This document shows, piece by piece, positions 1 to 11,798 of a stretch of 39,267 nt of DNA. This DNA comes from an uncultured Parasporobacterium sp. (GTDB lineage Bacteria; Bacillota; Clostridia; Lachnospirales; Lachnospiraceae), in assembly GCA_964579345.1 (NCBI GenBank), contig CAZOHB010000001.1, positions 1-39,267 on the forward strand. Reading direction: 5' to 3'. Every line of letters begins with the position of its first letter. The stretch's first letter is position 1. Both the position numbers and the translations under genes were made by a program. Below the pieces are notes generated by a model. That model did not search any database. It saw only the letters and a program-made list of their open reading frames with translations, and was not told the DNA's origin.

Positions 1-252
1 TTTCAGAGTCGTCAGCAACTCCGGAACGATTACCTTTGGAATTTGCTTTTCTGCAGACACATTCAGATATCTGGTATATTTCCCGCTCAATTTGATTCTT
101 CCGTTAAACGCAGTATTGGGATTCAAATGTTCTTTAATCGCGAGATCATGTCCGGAATTGCAGGTATTGCCTTTCGTATAATAATTGCCGGCTTCCTCAT
201 AAACGGTCACACCGCATCTTCTTGGACAGCCACGGCATGAATAAAATGACAT
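1..252 (-). CDS. DUF1667-family small Cys-rich protein; the N-terminal 84 codons are present and the 3' end runs off the window
   Basis: This ORF is absent from the ORF track because it has no stop codon inside the window. The minus-strand ATG at 252-250 is preceded by AAGGAGGAG (reverse complement of 258-266) with a 5-nt spacer. The frame stays open to position 1 and reads MSFYSCRGCPRRCGVTVYEEAGNYYTKGNTCNSGHDLAIKEHLNPNTAFNGRIKLSGKYTRYLNVSAEKQIPKVIVPELLTTLK. The pattern CxxCPxxC...GNxCxxG...NP...IPK matches my recollection of DUF1667 proteins. Confidence 0.7.
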   Translation of the reverse strand, partial: MSFYSCRGCPRRCGVTVYEEAGNYYTKGNTCNSGHDLAIKEHLNPNTAFNGRIKLSGKYTRYLNVSAEKQIPKVIVPELLTTLK

Positions 253-423
253 TTCAACTCCTCCTTTCTGGAAAAAGCATATCACAGCAATTCAGCAAAA
301 GGAAGATACAACGTTGTATGGCGAACCCTGCTGTTCTTTTGAAGTCTGTTATTTTCAACAAAAAAATAGCGTACCGATTCCGCCGTAAAACCCCATAATC
401 CGCGATTTTATCATATTTTTTCG

Positions 424-435
424 ATTTCATGAAAT
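424..435. promoter_or_regulatory. Perfect 12-bp palindrome ATTTCATGAAAT in the divergent DUF1667/MFS intergenic region; candidate operator
   Basis: I read the palindrome directly at 424-435. It lies about 130 nt upstream of the MFS start codon at 566, inside a 313-bp AT-rich intergenic region. No binding protein can be assigned from the sequence. Confidence 0.25.
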
Positions 436-565
436 GAAACATTTTAGACACTCATTATAACTTTCAGTCATTACCAGGACACATATTATTATTTCCGTTG
501 ATAAAAGGATTTCTCTAAAATTAAATCGTGGGGTGAAAGTGTAATAACGAAAAGGAGGTAATTAT

Positions 566-1900
566 ATGCAAGCAAAAAACAAAGGCATATGGAGCTTAGG
601 CGCAAAAGGCTGGTATATAGTAATTATCGGTTTCTTTTGCTATTTCATCGGCCAAATCCTTGGCGGTGCAGGACTTAGTAATACTGTAGTTCCTGCAGTT
701 GCCGAGATTAGAGGCTTTGAGGCAACTGCTATGACAGCATGGATTTCATATGGTTCATGGATCGCGTTGCCGTTCGTTGTTATTTGGGCCAAAGTCGGAG
801 AAAAAATCGGTGCAAAAAAAACGATTATGATTTCCATGACAATCGCAGCTGCTGCATTTATTTGTTTTGGTTGCACTACATCTTTCACGCTTTGGTGTGT
901 AGCGATGGTTGTACTTAGCGTATGTACTTTCGCTTTTTATAGTTATGGAGGAAACGCACTTATTTCAAACTGGTTCCCGACAAGAAAAGGAATCGCATTA
1001 GGCTGGGCGTCAATGGGTATTATGTTCTCAGATATCTTCTGGGTACCGTATATTACAAAGGCTTTCGGCGCAATCGGCTTATCAACCACTTCGATTATCG
1101 TCGGCGCGATTGTTCTTGTTCTGGTAGCAGTTATTTTCTTTACAGTAAAAGAAAAACCGGAAGAGGCAGGAGCATATCCAGATAACGAGCCGATTCCAAA
1201 TGAGCAGATGAAGATGATTGCACAGATTCAGAACCAGTACAAAACAGACTGGACCGTTCTGAAACTGTTAAAAACAAAAGAAACCTGGATCGTCGGATTC
1301 ATGGGCGCACTGATGTGGATGTGCGGTGGAGGAACTATCGTATGTTTCTATCCTAGAATGCTCAGTTTAGGATATGAATATTCACAGATATCCGTAATCT
1401 TCCAGTCAATCGCATTTATTTCACTTGTCGGCTCGTGGCTGTTGGGTGTTATTGACGTAAAGTTGGGTACAAAAAAAGCATTTATTATATGCGGAATTAT
1501 TATATTAATTGGCGATCTTGTCATGTTCCTTGTTGTTCCGTATTCCATTGTTGGCGCTTATATTTCGGCGGCGCTTGTAGGTGTTAGTATCGGTGGCGTT
1601 CCAAACTTGCTGGCAAGTATGCAGGCTTCGATATGGGGAAGGTGGGACTTCGTTGCTTCTTCAAAGGTAATTTCACTATTTACCAGTATTTTCCTGGGAA
1701 GCTCTTTCCTGTTGTCTTCAAAATCGTTTGAAATTACCGGCTCCTACAATGCATACTTTATCTTTATCTGCTGCAGCGCAGCAATCTCACTGATCCTAGC
1801 AATCATCATTAAACCTAAACTTCTCGGCAAATCAGATGAAGATATTATGGCAATGTTCCCACAGTACAGAGAGGCTTTTACAACCGCTGAAGAACAGTAA
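566..1900 (+). CDS. MFS transporter (oxalate/formate-antiporter-like organisation)
   Basis: The 444-aa ORF is preceded by AAAAGGAGG 7 nt upstream of the ATG. It has about 12 hydrophobic segments split by a central hydrophilic loop (KEKPEEAGAYPDNEPIPNEQMKM), which is typical MFS topology. Confidence 0.8.
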   Translation: MQAKNKGIWSLGAKGWYIVIIGFFCYFIGQILGGAGLSNTVVPAVAEIRGFEATAMTAWISYGSWIALPFVVIWAKVGEKIGAKKTIMISMTIAAAAFICFGCTTSFTLWCVAMVVLSVCTFAFYSYGGNALISNWFPTRKGIALGWASMGIMFSDIFWVPYITKAFGAIGLSTTSIIVGAIVLVLVAVIFFTVKEKPEEAGAYPDNEPIPNEQMKMIAQIQNQYKTDWTVLKLLKTKETWIVGFMGALMWMCGGGTIVCFYPRMLSLGYEYSQISVIFQSIAFISLVGSWLLGVIDVKLGTKKAFIICGIIILIGDLVMFLVVPYSIVGAYISAALVGVSIGGVPNLLASMQASIWGRWDFVASSKVISLFTSIFLGSSFLLSSKSFEITGSYNAYFIFICCSAAISLILAIIIKPKLLGKSDEDIMAMFPQYREAFTTAEEQ

Positions 1901-1966
1901 AAAGCATGTTTTTAGCAAAAACAGAGAAGCATTAATAATCGGCTAAAAAAGAATCGGAGAAAAACC

Positions 1967-3202
1967 ATGAGTATTGAACAGGATTATATTGCGAGAAAAA
2001 AACGTGTAAAAACGGCAGTCGCTCTACAGGAAGCGGATAGGGTTCCTTTTCTTCCAAACATATCATCTGAATACTTTGTTTGCAATTACGGAATCAATAT
2101 GTATGAGGCAATGAAAGATCCATTGCTTATGAAGAATTCATATAAAAGCTATCTTCTAGAAATTGAACCGGATTTAACTGGACCACCTGCGTTATTCCCA
2201 GTTAAACCGTTAGAAACAAGTAAATTTTCTTGTGGAAGATGGCCAGGACCATATTATGGTCTACCAGAAGACATTGCGTATCAATATATTGATAAAGAAT
2301 ACCTTCACGATGATTGCTATGAGGAGTTCTTTAAGGATCCCAGTCGGTTCATATTACACAAAATACTTCCGATAAAACATGAGGCCTTTAAGCCATTCGA
2401 AAGAATTGAACCTTATATGATGTGTGATTCTGCTATTTATGGGTTTGCGGCATTTGCGGCTCCTGATTTTCTTGACGCTATCGAGGCATTTGTGCAAACA
2501 GCAAAACAGACGGCGGAATATCTAGATAAGGCGGCAGAATTAGGAAAAATGGCAACAGAAATGGGTTTTCCGGATTTCGGAGCAGGCTCAGTAATGGCAC
2601 CTTTTGACGAATTTGCAGATCATGTACGCGGAATCCTCCAGGCATGCTATGATTGCGTAGCAGCACCGGAGGATATCAAAAGAGCAGTAGATCTTTGGGG
2701 TGATGTTACCATTCCGCTTCGCGTAAATATGGCTAAAGCTAACGGCGCCGAATATGTCATGATGCCGCTTCATTGTGGTGTTGACAACTTCATGTCACGG
2801 GAGAGTTATGAAAACATCTACTGGCCCGGATTACGCAGGGCAATTCATATGATTGTTGAAAATGATATGACTCCTTATGTTTTTTGTGAAGGAAAATATA
2901 ACACTCGCCTGGAAATATTAAGAGACGTTCCAAAAGGAAAAGTCATTTACCTTTTTGAAGATGTGGACATGAAAGAAGCTAAAAGGATACTGGGAGATGT
3001 AGCGTGCATTGCGGGCGGAATGTCGTCAGATCTGTTGATGCATTTTTCTGCGGAGAAAGTAATCGACAAAACAAAAGAAATCATAGATATATGTGCTCCT
3101 GGTGGCGGATTTATTATGTCCAACGGCTCGTCCCTGTTCCAGGCTAACACAGAAAATGTTAGAGTATGGAAAGAGACCTTATTTGAATACGGTAAGTATT
3201 AA
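1967..3202 (+). CDS. Uroporphyrinogen-decarboxylase (URO-D / MtaA-CmuA-like) family protein
   Basis: The 411-aa ORF has an N-terminal ...EADRVPFLP... motif and a C-terminal ...APGGGFIMSNGSSL...ENV... motif. Both resemble the URO-D-like TIM-barrel family common in anaerobic Firmicutes. This is recognition by eye only. Confidence 0.55.
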   Translation: MSIEQDYIARKKRVKTAVALQEADRVPFLPNISSEYFVCNYGINMYEAMKDPLLMKNSYKSYLLEIEPDLTGPPALFPVKPLETSKFSCGRWPGPYYGLPEDIAYQYIDKEYLHDDCYEEFFKDPSRFILHKILPIKHEAFKPFERIEPYMMCDSAIYGFAAFAAPDFLDAIEAFVQTAKQTAEYLDKAAELGKMATEMGFPDFGAGSVMAPFDEFADHVRGILQACYDCVAAPEDIKRAVDLWGDVTIPLRVNMAKANGAEYVMMPLHCGVDNFMSRESYENIYWPGLRRAIHMIVENDMTPYVFCEGKYNTRLEILRDVPKGKVIYLFEDVDMKEAKRILGDVACIAGGMSSDLLMHFSAEKVIDKTKEIIDICAPGGGFIMSNGSSLFQANTENVRVWKETLFEYGKY

Positions 3203-3258
3203 TACTATATTCTCCATTACTGAAAACCTCTCCCTAATCAGATAACAGTAAAACAAAA

Positions 3259-3300
3259 TATAAGAAGAAGGGTCGGCGACCCTTCTTCTTATATTTTTAC
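3259..3300. terminator. Bidirectional rho-independent terminator between convergent genes
   Basis: A perfect 16-bp inverted repeat, TATAAGAAGAAGGGTC (3259-3274) and GACCCTTCTTCTTATA (3278-3293), encloses a 3-nt loop. An A-run lies upstream and TTTTTAC lies downstream. Confidence 0.8.
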
Positions 3301-3382
3301 TTTTGATTATTTTTAGAGTGTGTCTTAAGGTCATTCTTCGAAGAGAATGCTGTTCGCAAAGACCGTTTTCTGTTGTTCTTTC

Positions 3383-4312
3383 TCAATCGTCCGAAACACT
3401 CATGACGGAATCAACAGCGTGAAGAAACTTTTTCAATATTGATTTTGTATTGTTTTTTCTCCAAACACAGATCAATCCATTTTCAAACTCAGATAAAGGA
3501 ATTTTTTTGATTTCGTCCGTATTCATGTTATATCCCCAGTAATTATCTGTAATAAAAATCGAATCACTAGTTTTCAAAGTTGTGTAGATTTGAAAATGCG
3601 AGGAGTAATAGCATTCAACCTTCAAATCATAGCCATGCATACTGTAAAAGGTTTTGATCGCATTGTATGGTCCAGAATCAATCCCCCTGTCAAGGATGAT
3701 CAACGGACAGTCTTTAATATCTTCAATCGACAAAAAGTCTCGGGAAAAAAACCTATTGTTTTTGGATAAATAAACCTGTGCCTTATTCAACGCAATATAT
3801 TTGTAATCATAGAGTTGTTTGTCAATACTATCTTTACTAAAATCAGGCAAAATGATTAAATCCAAACCTCCGTTAGAAAGTAATTTCCGTAGAGTAATAT
3901 AATCTCGCTCATGAACGGAGAGTTTATAATTTTTGGAGACTGATGAGAAAAGCTTCGTATAAGGCATAAGAAATTCTGTTTCTAAAACCGTCTCCGAAAT
4001 CCCAATTCCCAAAATCTGATTGTCATTGTCGTTCGCATCGCTTGCAAGTTTAACCCCTTGGTTCAAGAGCGGCGGGACGTTTTTCCAATTGTTATACAGT
4101 ATTTCTCCTGTAAGTGTTGGCGCAACATTGTGTTTATCCCGGATAAACAGTTTAAAACCTAAAATTGATTCCAACGAGACTAGGCTTTTGCTAATACCCG
4201 GTTGTGTCATGTTTAATTCATATGCCGTTTGAGTGAAATTGCAAGTATCATATAATGAAAGAAACACGATGATCTGCTGTATTGTAATAGGTGCAATAAT
4301 GAACTTCGACAT
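3383..4312 (-). CDS. LysR-family transcriptional regulator
   Basis: The 309-aa ORF has an N-terminal helix-turn-helix (FTQTAYELNMTQPGISKSLVSLESILGFKLFIR) followed by a substrate-binding-type C-terminal domain. The RBS AAGGAGA lies upstream of the ATG. Confidence 0.85.
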   Translation of the reverse strand: MSKFIIAPITIQQIIVFLSLYDTCNFTQTAYELNMTQPGISKSLVSLESILGFKLFIRDKHNVAPTLTGEILYNNWKNVPPLLNQGVKLASDANDNDNQILGIGISETVLETEFLMPYTKLFSSVSKNYKLSVHERDYITLRKLLSNGGLDLIILPDFSKDSIDKQLYDYKYIALNKAQVYLSKNNRFFSRDFLSIEDIKDCPLIILDRGIDSGPYNAIKTFYSMHGYDLKVECYYSSHFQIYTTLKTSDSIFITDNYWGYNMNTDEIKKIPLSEFENGLICVWRKNNTKSILKKFLHAVDSVMSVSDD

Positions 4313-4551
4313 TTTTTCTCCTTGTAGAGACTAATCAGCAACGGTGGGATTGAAAACACAACTGTGTATTGTTGCTTGATTGAATACAATAGTAAATTCT
4401 CGTCCAGTAAGAATATCCGGTCAGATTAGCGAAAATATACGAGCCAGGCCGTTGGGTCTGGCCCGTTGGAACATTTTCTAGTTTCGAAGAATTATCTCTT
4501 TAAGATGAACGCATCCCCGATAAGCAGAGTAGTTTTAAGATAGCAAATACT

Positions 4552-5820
4552 TTATTTGTCGTGACCAACCATTTTTTCTACAGGAATTCGAAATCCTTCC
4601 GGATCCTGAATCTGCTCGTCTGGAATAAAAGGATACCATTCTTCTTCCCAATTGTCACCAAAAATATCTGGACGTGCTTCAGGGAACATTCTCGGAAGAG
4701 GAACCGGAAGCTTGTAAAGACGAGCTGCTGTTCCACCCATAATAAGATTGATCTCATCCTGCGTTAACCAGTCACCAATTCTGTCAATGGTTCTTAAGCC
4801 CCACCCATAAAAATCAGGCTGGTATGTCGGAACAGAAGAAAAGCCCCTGTAAGCACCACAGAAACGGGAATCGTGTTTTCTGATGCTCCACGTTTTATTG
4901 TACCAATCCTCTAGACTGATGCCGCCTTTGACACCTCCCGACATTTTCTGGTTTTCCTCATCATGAACAAACGGAGTCAGGTTGCCTGGGCGTACAATGT
5001 GCTGAGGAACATTTCCATAATCATGTCCCCACATCAGATAGCAAGCGCGTACACCTTCGTCAAATGCAATTTCAAAATGCTTTTCAGCCCATCCTCCGGT
5101 TTCCAGATACAGGTTTTTAACACCTGCAGCCATACTATAAAACTTATGCAGTTCTTTTGATGCACTGGTTGTAAATGCATACGGATCTTTGTAACCATGA
5201 TTGAATAGAATTTTTGCCTTTGGATTGTCAAGACATATTTTTTCTAAGAGATCGATGGTATCCCAGCCGCATGTAAAATGAAGCATATGGTCATGATAGT
5301 GAACTGGAACATCGTATTTTACTCCAAGATCACAGATGGCTTTATACTGTTCTCTCCGTTCTTCAAAAGAAGGAACCGGAGCAAGTCTTAAATCATACAT
5401 GGCTAATCCCGGGGCAAACTCTCCGATTCCTACATAATGCCCTGTTTTAAGCGCTTCATCAACTTCATCTAATGACATTTGAAAATTCCAGTTTTTAATT
5501 TCACCGCGGACCACCTTTAAACGGGTCGTCTGGTCAGAACAGCAGGCTCTGAATCTGTCCGGATATTTCTCAACGATTGCATATTGATGTTCGTTTAAAG
5601 TACCAGGAATACTGGGCAAAAGAATACCCATATCTATCCCGTATCGATCCATGTCATACAAAGCAAGTTTTATGTTGTCATGGTGTTCTACTTCCCATCG
5701 CAAGCCATTCCATTTTCCTTCTTTAAACATTTCCTGGCTTATTTCATTATCTTTTGCCGGCATATAGAGTGTTGAAATATGCATATGTGTATCAACAGCA
5801 AATCTTGAAATACTTCTCAT
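4552..5820 (-). CDS. Amidohydrolase-2 (PF04909-like metal-dependent TIM-barrel hydrolase/decarboxylase) family protein
   Basis: The 422-aa ORF is preceded by the RBS AAAGGAGG. It has an N-terminal HxH metal motif (VDTHMH), an internal NHG, and a C-terminal WGHDYG aspartate motif. It is a paralog of the protein encoded at 9012..10247. Confidence 0.7.
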   Translation of the reverse strand: MRSISRFAVDTHMHISTLYMPAKDNEISQEMFKEGKWNGLRWEVEHHDNIKLALYDMDRYGIDMGILLPSIPGTLNEHQYAIVEKYPDRFRACCSDQTTRLKVVRGEIKNWNFQMSLDEVDEALKTGHYVGIGEFAPGLAMYDLRLAPVPSFEERREQYKAICDLGVKYDVPVHYHDHMLHFTCGWDTIDLLEKICLDNPKAKILFNHGYKDPYAFTTSASKELHKFYSMAAGVKNLYLETGGWAEKHFEIAFDEGVRACYLMWGHDYGNVPQHIVRPGNLTPFVHDEENQKMSGGVKGGISLEDWYNKTWSIRKHDSRFCGAYRGFSSVPTYQPDFYGWGLRTIDRIGDWLTQDEINLIMGGTAARLYKLPVPLPRMFPEARPDIFGDNWEEEWYPFIPDEQIQDPEGFRIPVEKMVGHDK

Positions 5821-6057
5821 AGTTTCCTCCTTTAAACTTGTATGTTTTCCGTCTCTTATCCTCTAATTTTATTGTAATTTTTCCTTGAAACTATTTGAAA
5901 TAAATTAATCTATCTCGGATATAACTATGAGTAATAACCACGGGGAACTAAATAATAACGAGCAGAGTTTTAATGAAATATAATAAAAATGACCTGCAGA
6001 CCGAGACAGAAAAAACAGGAGGTTCGATTGAAACATTGCCTGAAGGGAGGTTAGCTG

Positions 6058-8879
<2,822 letters not shown>

Positions 8880-9011
8880 ACGAGTTATAACTACGTTTCA
8901 TAACAAACGCTTTTTTATTTATTTCCCATGTTTTCCTACGGGTTTTAAAATATTTTTGAAGGTATTTGTGTGTAAATTTTTGCAATTTTATTAAAGAAGG
9001 AGGTACAGACT

Positions 9012-10247
9012 ATGGGAAAAATGGGTCGTTTTGTTGTTGAAACTCATGGCCATATTACAACATTGTATGATAGTGTTGGCGATAATCCTTCTCCCGAGGG
9101 GTGGACAGGTTTGCCAATGCAGCCAGGCAGCGGTGAGTGTGAGCATGTTGATGATTTAGCCATGACTTTATGGGATATGGAGGCTTATGGAGTTGATATG
9201 GTCCTCCTCTATCCAAGTATGATCGGTACAACGAATGAAGGACAGCTTGCACTTCAGGATAAGCATCCGGACAAATTCCGTTCCTGGTGTGCAGATCAGG
9301 AGACAAAACTGAAATGCCACAGAGAAAATATTCCATGGACAATTGATGCTGCTGCTGAAGAAATTGAAAAATGCCTTAAAACCGGCCTGTTCATAGGAAT
9401 CGGCGAATTTATCCCTCGTCATTGGGAGCCGGAGTATATTTACACTATTGAACAGCGGTTTGAAGAATACTGCATTTTCGGCGATCTGGCAAGAAAGTAT
9501 AAAGTCCCATTCTCTTATCATGAACTGCAGTGGGCAGATTTTCCGTTTGACCCATGGGTTCTTTTAAACTTTGTTGCTTCTAAGTATTGGGATGTCCCGA
9601 TTGTTGTTAATCATGGAGGACAATCCATTGGTGATTATACAATGGGAGATTGGAAAATTAGAAAGTCCCTGAATGTTGCAGGAAAGACGATGCCAAGACT
9701 TGAAAAAGACAACCTGTTTTTGGAGGTTGGAACTTGGCAGGCTGAGTGGATGAGAATGGCATGCGATGATCCAAACGTAGGCCCGACACAGTTGTTATGG
9801 GGTTCAGATTATGGTAATGTACCGCAGTACATTACGACAGATCCTCGCAGAGAAGCAAATGGAGTTGCAACAACATTCTCTACTTCCATGAAACGCTGGA
9901 GAGCAACCCCGGACTATCAGTCAGACTGGTGGGGATGGGAAACAACACAGATTGAAAAACTGAAACAATGGGTTGGTCAGGATGAAGTCAACCTGATTGT
10001 TGGCGGAAATGCTGCGAAGCTGTTTAAATTACCGGTTCCGTGCGAGAGAATGTTCCTTAGCGGTCGTCCTGATATCTATGGTATTTATTATGAAAGCTCA
10101 AAACCGTTTATTCCGATTGAGCAGGTAATCAATATCGACCAGAAGGCTGCAAATGCTGCTGTCATCGAGGAAAGAAAGAAGAATCCTCCGAAATTCCATC
10201 CAACAGACAATGTTCAGAAATTTAGAGAGCTTTACTACGGAGAATAA
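9012..10247 (+). CDS. Amidohydrolase-2 family protein (paralog of 4552..5820)
   Basis: The 411-aa ORF is preceded by the RBS GAAGGAGG. It has VETHGH, NHGG and WGSDYGNVPQ motifs. It shares a C-terminal KLPVP..RMF...RPDI(F/Y)G...PFIP.EQ tail with the other copy. Confidence 0.7.
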   Translation: MGKMGRFVVETHGHITTLYDSVGDNPSPEGWTGLPMQPGSGECEHVDDLAMTLWDMEAYGVDMVLLYPSMIGTTNEGQLALQDKHPDKFRSWCADQETKLKCHRENIPWTIDAAAEEIEKCLKTGLFIGIGEFIPRHWEPEYIYTIEQRFEEYCIFGDLARKYKVPFSYHELQWADFPFDPWVLLNFVASKYWDVPIVVNHGGQSIGDYTMGDWKIRKSLNVAGKTMPRLEKDNLFLEVGTWQAEWMRMACDDPNVGPTQLLWGSDYGNVPQYITTDPRREANGVATTFSTSMKRWRATPDYQSDWWGWETTQIEKLKQWVGQDEVNLIVGGNAAKLFKLPVPCERMFLSGRPDIYGIYYESSKPFIPIEQVINIDQKAANAAVIEERKKNPPKFHPTDNVQKFRELYYGE

Positions 10248-10287
10248 TTAATTAATCCGAATAGTTAATATTTAATCCTAACTGAAA

Positions 10288-10324
10288 AGAGGCTGTCGTG
10301 ATAATTCAAATCACGGCAGCCTCT
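10288..10324. terminator. Hairpin terminator between the convergent amidohydrolase and MATE genes; it also marks the composition boundary
   Basis: A 15-bp stem pairs AGAGGCTGTCGTGAT (10288-10302) with ATCACGGCAGCCTCT (10310-10324), including one G-T pair, around a 7-nt loop. On the minus strand the hairpin is followed by TTTTCAGT. On the plus strand a T-run occurs only about 15 nt later. Confidence 0.6.
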
Positions 10325-10362
10325 GATTATTGGTTCTGTTTTTTCTTAACCATTTCCCCCCC

Positions 10363-11736
10363 CTAATATTTCAACCCTTTCTTCATCCAGGTACCGCGGA
10401 AATAGCGGATGTTGAAGAAGGTGCTGCGGACGATCCAGTCGATGATCGTGTGGGCGATCCAGACGCCGATGACGCCAAGCCCGAAAACACCGCCCAGCAG
10501 GTAAGCGCCTCCGACTCTGCCGATCCACATCGAAAGGATACTGATGATCATGGTGTACATTGCATCGCCGGTGCTCTTCAGGAAGTTCGGGGTCATGAAG
10601 GCCGGAACCCAGAGCACGGCGGTGCTGATTCCGTGCAGCATCTGAACGACAAATGCGAGCTCTGTCGCTTCCGGCGACACATTATAAACAGAAAGAATAA
10701 AACGCAGGCTGACCAGATCGATCGCCACCCAGACAAGAAGCAGCACATAGGTCCAGAGCACCAGCTTCTTGTAATAATAGCGGGCTTTGTCGTAATTGCC
10801 CGCGCCGATGCACTGGCTGACCACGGTCGTCATCGCAAGGTTGATCGCCATTCCCGGGAGAACGTTGAACGAGGCAAGTGTTCCGCCGATTGCGTTCGCT
10901 GTAATGCTGGCGGTTCCCATGGTTGAAATGAAACTGAACAGGACGATCTTTCCGAGCTGGAACATTCCGTTTTCGATGCCGCCCGGAAGACCGATCGAAA
11001 CGATATTTTTTAAGATGGCCTTGCGGTAGCGGAATTTGCGAAGGCTCGTCAGATTCAGGGTATATTTTTTGCGGAATAAAAGAGCGATGATGATGATCGC
11101 TGCAACCCAGCGGGAAACCAGTGTCGGGATTGCAACGCCTTCCACGCCGCACCCGAAGCCGAAGATCAGGATTGCGTTGCCGGCGATGTTGATCACGTTC
11201 ATGATGCTCGATACGATCAGCGTCGTTCCGGTCCGCTCCATCGAACGGAAGACAGCCGCGCCGCCGTTGTAAAGCGCGATCGCGGGGATGGAGGCCATAA
11301 CGATCGTGTAATAGGTGTTGGTCGCCTGCATGACGTCCGTGTCGATTTTTCCGAACAGAGTATGGACGATCGGAACACGGAATACATAGAGAAGCAGGGT
11401 CAGTACCGCAGAAAGTGCCACCAGCAGAAGGATCAGATGCTGGCAGGCGGAATTGGAATCGTCTTTATTGTTTCGGCCGATATACATTCCACAGACGGCA
11501 GCTCCGCCGGCAGCCATTGCCGAAAAAATATAGACCATCAGAACGCTGATGGAGTCCACAAGGGAAACGCCGGAGACGGCTGCATCTCCGACCTGTGCCA
11601 CCATGATCGAGTCGGCAAGACCGACGGCAAGCGAAAAAATCTGCTCCAGGAGCAGAGGCCAGATCAGCCGGATCAGTTGTTTATTTGAAAAGGTTACGTC
11701 TTTCATGTCGAAACATCGGGCGGCAATTTGTTTCAC
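10363..11736 (-). CDS. MATE-family multidrug/toxin efflux transporter
   Basis: The ORF is 457 aa with 12 hydrophobic segments. The N-terminus ...LIRLIWPLLLEQIFSLAVGLADSIMVAQVG... is typical of the MATE/NorM-DinF family. The start is uncertain, either GTG at 11736 or ATG at 11706, and neither has a strong SD. Confidence 0.85.
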   Translation of the reverse strand: MKQIAARCFDMKDVTFSNKQLIRLIWPLLLEQIFSLAVGLADSIMVAQVGDAAVSGVSLVDSISVLMVYIFSAMAAGGAAVCGMYIGRNNKDDSNSACQHLILLLVALSAVLTLLLYVFRVPIVHTLFGKIDTDVMQATNTYYTIVMASIPAIALYNGGAAVFRSMERTGTTLIVSSIMNVINIAGNAILIFGFGCGVEGVAIPTLVSRWVAAIIIIALLFRKKYTLNLTSLRKFRYRKAILKNIVSIGLPGGIENGMFQLGKIVLFSFISTMGTASITANAIGGTLASFNVLPGMAINLAMTTVVSQCIGAGNYDKARYYYKKLVLWTYVLLLVWVAIDLVSLRFILSVYNVSPEATELAFVVQMLHGISTAVLWVPAFMTPNFLKSTGDAMYTMIISILSMWIGRVGGAYLLGGVFGLGVIGVWIAHTIIDWIVRSTFFNIRYFRGTWMKKGLKY

Positions 11737-11798
11737 TATATTTATCCGGAAGAAAACCCTGTTCGTCCGGATCGTCCCGGGAGATTTTCAGACGGTTG

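Noticed and set aside
43-451. ORF-track entries 43..240 (+) and 254..451 (-)
   Set aside because: The ORF at 43..240 is antisense to the DUF1667 reading frame, which has a strong RBS and a family-like Cys pattern. The ORF at 254..451 lies in the AT-rich promoter region, has no RBS and has an implausible composition.
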